This document shows, one piece after another, positions 60,809 to 64,000 of a stretch of 64,000 bases of DNA. Numbering within the stretch: position 1 is the stretch's first letter; each line of letters begins with the position of its first letter. The stretch is taken from NCBI GenBank assembly GCA_934271085.1, contig CAKQQU010000001.1, positions 9,818 through 73,817 on the forward strand. Direction: 5' to 3'. Under the pieces are notes generated by a model that did not search any database, was not told where the DNA came from, and worked only from the letters and a program-made list of their open reading frames with translations. The translations under genes were made by a program, and so were the position numbers. This DNA comes from an uncultured Bacillota bacterium (GTDB lineage Bacteria > Bacillota > Dehalobacteriia > UBA4068).

Positions 60809-60992
60809 ATTACGTGGTTTTGCCTTATTTGTTTAGCAGCAGTTTCAATGGTATTGCGCCATATTTTAAAGTATTATGGCAAAATTGATTGTTTTATAAA
60901 AGTTCCGGGGGGATTCTTGTCCCCAGATAACGGCTGTTGTATACTAATAATAATTGAAGAAAAGATATGAGACCAACAGAAAAGGATACCAT

Positions 60993-62213
60993 ATGAGACA
61001 GCAGTTGATAATCATCGGCGGCGGCGCGGCAGGGATGATGGCTGCCTTGACCGCAGCGGAAAACGGTATATCCGTGACCCTTTTGGAAAAGAACGAGCGT
61101 TTGGGCAAAAAACTTGCCGCTACCGGCAACGGACGCTGCAATATAGCCAACAGTAAGCTTGACTGCAGCTTTTTCCGGGGAGCAGACCCTTCTTTTGTCA
61201 GGCCGGCGCTTGAGGCCTTCGGCCTGGATAAGACAATAGAATTTTTCCGGCGTATCGGCGTTGTTATCCGGGAAGATGAGGAAGGCAAGCTGTATCCCAT
61301 GTCAAATCAGGCTTCATCGGTGGTGGATTGCCTGCGTTTTGCATTGGATAATGCAGGGGTTAAGGTACGTACCGGTTTCTGCGCGGAGCAGATCCGCCGG
61401 GAAAAGCAGGGCTTCAGCATAATCGGCAACGGGGAAGAATTAAGCTGCTGCCGGCTGATAGTTACCGCAGGCGGGGAGGCCGCTCCTGCCTTGGGAGGTT
61501 CGGCCGGCGGATATAAGCTTTTGGAAATGCTGGGGCATCACAGCACTTCCCGTTATCCTTCGTTGGTACAGCTGAAAACGGATAATACTTATCCCAAAGC
61601 CCTCCAGGGCTTAAAGCTGGATGCCGTGGTTTCTTTGGAAGTGTCCGGTAAGTGCAGGGAAAAGGGAACTGGTGAGCTTCTTTTTACTCAGTACGGCGTT
61701 TCCGGGCCGGCGGCTTTTGCCGTATCCCGCAGCGCCGCCTTGGCTTTGGCTGCCAAAAAGCCGGCAAGCCTGCTGTTGGATCTGCTGCCTGAGCTGAACG
61801 AGGATCAGTTGCTGTATTTGCTGCGGCAAAGACAACATAACTGCGCTTATCTTACCCTGGAAAACTTTTTTGCCGGATTGATCCATAAAAAGCTGGGTAT
61901 CATGATTTTCCGCTATTGCGGAATGCAGCCCCTGTCCCGCTCCTGCGGTGAGCTTTCTTTTGACCAGCTTCGGCAGGTAGCTGCTGCTGTGAAGAATTTT
62001 CGGCTGCCCCTGAAAGGCACTACCGGTTTTGCCAATGCCCAGGTAACGGCAGGGGGGATAAAAACCTCAGAGGTGTATCCCCAGACCCTGGCCTCCCATC
62101 TGGTGCCGGGACTGTATCTGGCAGGGGAGATACTGGATATTGACGGTCTTTGCGGAGGATATAATCTGCAGTGGGCCTGGAGCAGCGGGCATTTGGCAGC
62201 GCAGTTGTTATAA
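60993..62213 (+). CDS. HI0933/BaiN-family NAD(P)/FAD-dependent flavoprotein (aminoacetone oxidase-like)
   Basis: IIGGGAAGMMAA dinucleotide motif, HI0933-like. ATG at 60993 after AAAGGA. Confidence 0.75.
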   Translation: MRQQLIIIGGGAAGMMAALTAAENGISVTLLEKNERLGKKLAATGNGRCNIANSKLDCSFFRGADPSFVRPALEAFGLDKTIEFFRRIGVVIREDEEGKLYPMSNQASSVVDCLRFALDNAGVKVRTGFCAEQIRREKQGFSIIGNGEELSCCRLIVTAGGEAAPALGGSAGGYKLLEMLGHHSTSRYPSLVQLKTDNTYPKALQGLKLDAVVSLEVSGKCREKGTGELLFTQYGVSGPAAFAVSRSAALALAAKKPASLLLDLLPELNEDQLLYLLRQRQHNCAYLTLENFFAGLIHKKLGIMIFRYCGMQPLSRSCGELSFDQLRQVAAAVKNFRLPLKGTTGFANAQVTAGGIKTSEVYPQTLASHLVPGLYLAGEILDIDGLCGGYNLQWAWSSGHLAAQLL

Positions 62214-62234
62214 GGATACGCACGGGGAGATTTT

Positions 62235-63836
62235 ATGATAAGGATAGACCAATTAAAGCTGGCTTTGGATCAGGAAGAGGGGGATCTGCTGGCCGCCGCA
62301 GCCAAGGCTTTGCGGCTACCCCCTTCCGCCATCCGGGAATGGCATATATATAAAAAAGCTGTGGACGCCCGCAAAAAGCAGGATGTGCATTTTGTGTGCA
62401 GTATCAACGCAGTGGTGGACTGCGATGAGAAAAAGCTGCTGGCCAGGAATAAAAACAGCCATATCCGCCTGGCAGAGGATAAGCCGCTGCAGCTGCCTTT
62501 TTACGGAGAGCAGGCTTTACCTCCGCTGGTGGTGGGCTTTGGACCGGCCGGGATGTTCGCTGCTTTGACCCTGGCCCGAATGGGAACGAAGCCCATTGTG
62601 ATAGAACGGGGGCGCCCTGCGGCGGAAAGGATGGCTGCGGTAGAACGATTCTGGCAGAAGGGACAGCTGCAGCCGGAAAACAATGTGCAGTTCGGAGAGG
62701 GCGGCGCAGGTACGTTTTCCGACGGCAAGCTGACTACCGGTACCAAAAGCCCCTATATACCCTATATCCTGCGGGAGCTGGCCGCCTGCGGAGGGGGTCA
62801 GGATATACTTTATGAAGCCAAGCCTCATATCGGTACTGACAGGCTGGTAAAGGTGGTGTCCGCACTGCGTCGGGAGATATGTGAGCTGGGCGGTCAGGTG
62901 TTGTTTTCCCACAAGCTGCGGGGCCTTGATATCAAGGACGGTTCTCTTCGCGGGGTGCAGGTGCTGACAGAGCAGGGAGCAGAGGATATTCCCTGCAGTT
63001 GTTGCCTCCTGGCTTTGGGACACAGCGCCCGGGATACCTTTGAATTGTTGCAAAAGCAGGGACTGGCTTTAAGCCCCAAAGCTTTTGCCATGGGGCTGCG
63101 TATAGAGCATAGCCAGGACTTTATCGATACTGCGCAGTATGGCAGCTTTGCCGGGCATCCGGCCCTGCCTGCTGCTGATTATAAGCTGGCGGTGCATCTG
63201 CCCGATGGCCATACGGCTTACAGCTTTTGTATGTGTCCCGGAGGGCAGGTGGTGGCAGCAGCCAGCGAGCCGGGGGGTATTGTTACCAATGGAATGAGCC
63301 TGTCCGCCCGTGACGGGAGCAATGCCAACAGCGCCCTGCTTATATCTCTTACTCCCGCTGATTTTCCTTCTGAAGGCGGCCCTTTGGCGGGGATGTACTG
63401 GCAGCGGCAGATCGAGCAGCGCTGCTTTGCCGCTGGGAGCGGAGACTACCGGGCGCCTGCTCAGCTTGTTGGGGATTTTTTGGCAGGACGTCCCTCCGGG
63501 AGAGGCGGCAGCATTATTCCCAGCTATCGGCCGGGAGTAAGCTGGCAGAGTATAGAAGGATTGCTGCCTGATCTGATCTGTACCGATCTGCGCCAGGGGC
63601 TGCTGGCTATGGATAGGCAAATACCCGGGTTTGCTCAGGCGGAGGCGGTGCTTACCGCACCGGAGACCCGTAGTTCATCCCCGGTGCGCATTGAGCGGGA
63701 CGGTAATTGCCAGACCGCAGTTGAGGGGCTTTTTGCCTGTGGGGAAGGCGCGGGCTATGCCGGCGGCATTATGTCCTCGGCTGCTGATGGCATGAAATGC
63801 GCCCTGGCCGCAGGCTCATTCCTTGCCAAAAAATAA
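62235..63836 (+). CDS. FAD-dependent oxidoreductase (COG2509-like uncharacterised FAD-dependent dehydrogenase)
   Basis: GFGPAGMFAAL FAD-binding motif and C-terminal GEGAGYAGGI motif. RBS GGGGAGA. Confidence 0.7.
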   Translation: MIRIDQLKLALDQEEGDLLAAAAKALRLPPSAIREWHIYKKAVDARKKQDVHFVCSINAVVDCDEKKLLARNKNSHIRLAEDKPLQLPFYGEQALPPLVVGFGPAGMFAALTLARMGTKPIVIERGRPAAERMAAVERFWQKGQLQPENNVQFGEGGAGTFSDGKLTTGTKSPYIPYILRELAACGGGQDILYEAKPHIGTDRLVKVVSALRREICELGGQVLFSHKLRGLDIKDGSLRGVQVLTEQGAEDIPCSCCLLALGHSARDTFELLQKQGLALSPKAFAMGLRIEHSQDFIDTAQYGSFAGHPALPAADYKLAVHLPDGHTAYSFCMCPGGQVVAAASEPGGIVTNGMSLSARDGSNANSALLISLTPADFPSEGGPLAGMYWQRQIEQRCFAAGSGDYRAPAQLVGDFLAGRPSGRGGSIIPSYRPGVSWQSIEGLLPDLICTDLRQGLLAMDRQIPGFAQAEAVLTAPETRSSSPVRIERDGNCQTAVEGLFACGEGAGYAGGIMSSAADGMKCALAAGSFLAKK

Positions 63837-64000
63837 GGGATGCGGCGTTTTTTACTTCACAGCAATTTGCCCCAGAGTATTTTATATAAACATCGTCAGT
63901 GGCAATGATCGCCCCCGGGCCAACTTGCTTTTGTGTCGGCAATTTCAGCCGCAGGCAGGCTGGGTTTTCCCTGCGATATATGACAGTCTGTCTGCGCGCC

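Noticed and set aside
60685-60888. 67-aa ORF in the rluA-flavoprotein intergenic region
   Set aside because: No RBS and unusual composition. The region is better explained as a promoter-terminator bounded small RNA or leader.

Overview
The window reads as a Firmicutes chromosome segment, probably a Clostridia or Negativicutes-like anaerobe. Pointers are strong AGGAGG ribosome-binding sites, SLH-domain and copper-amine-oxidase-N-terminal-domain surface proteins, a GerMN lipoprotein, and a programmed +1 frameshift in prfB. Roughly 60 genes are dense, mostly housekeeping: secA-prfB, split transketolase, rdgB, rpmE (L31), an ABC-F ATPase, ilvE, rlmB, cysE, trkA-trkH, sppA, ybaK, coaD, nth, tRNA-Thr(GGU), tsaA and rluA. 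Between them sit accessory-looking proteins: a large cadherin-like surface protein, zinc-ribbon membrane proteins with long PAxEA repeats, an SLH-anchored transglutaminase, an Asn-rich lipoprotein, a solitary MazF-like toxin, and a tandem-HTH/dGTPase pair. No transposase, integrase, CRISPR array or rRNA was found. The stand-out locus is 52.1-58.1 kb on the minus strand: an NhaC-family transporter, an eliminase/dehydratase-class glycyl radical enzyme (single active-site Cys in 'GCVEP', 'RVAGY' glycyl motif), its radical-SAM activase with two auxiliary Fe-S clusters, and an SDR reductase. It has its own extended -10 promoter with a perfect 12-bp palindrome and no microcompartment, P5C-reductase, cut, pdu or dha genes, so the substrate is probably not one of the well-characterised ones. 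Other points of note are a larE-larC pair without larA/larB, a rubredoxin-reductase/rubredoxin fusion that keeps an internal SD, a candidate small RNA at 60.69-60.81 kb, an L31 leader hairpin, and palindromic operator-like sites.
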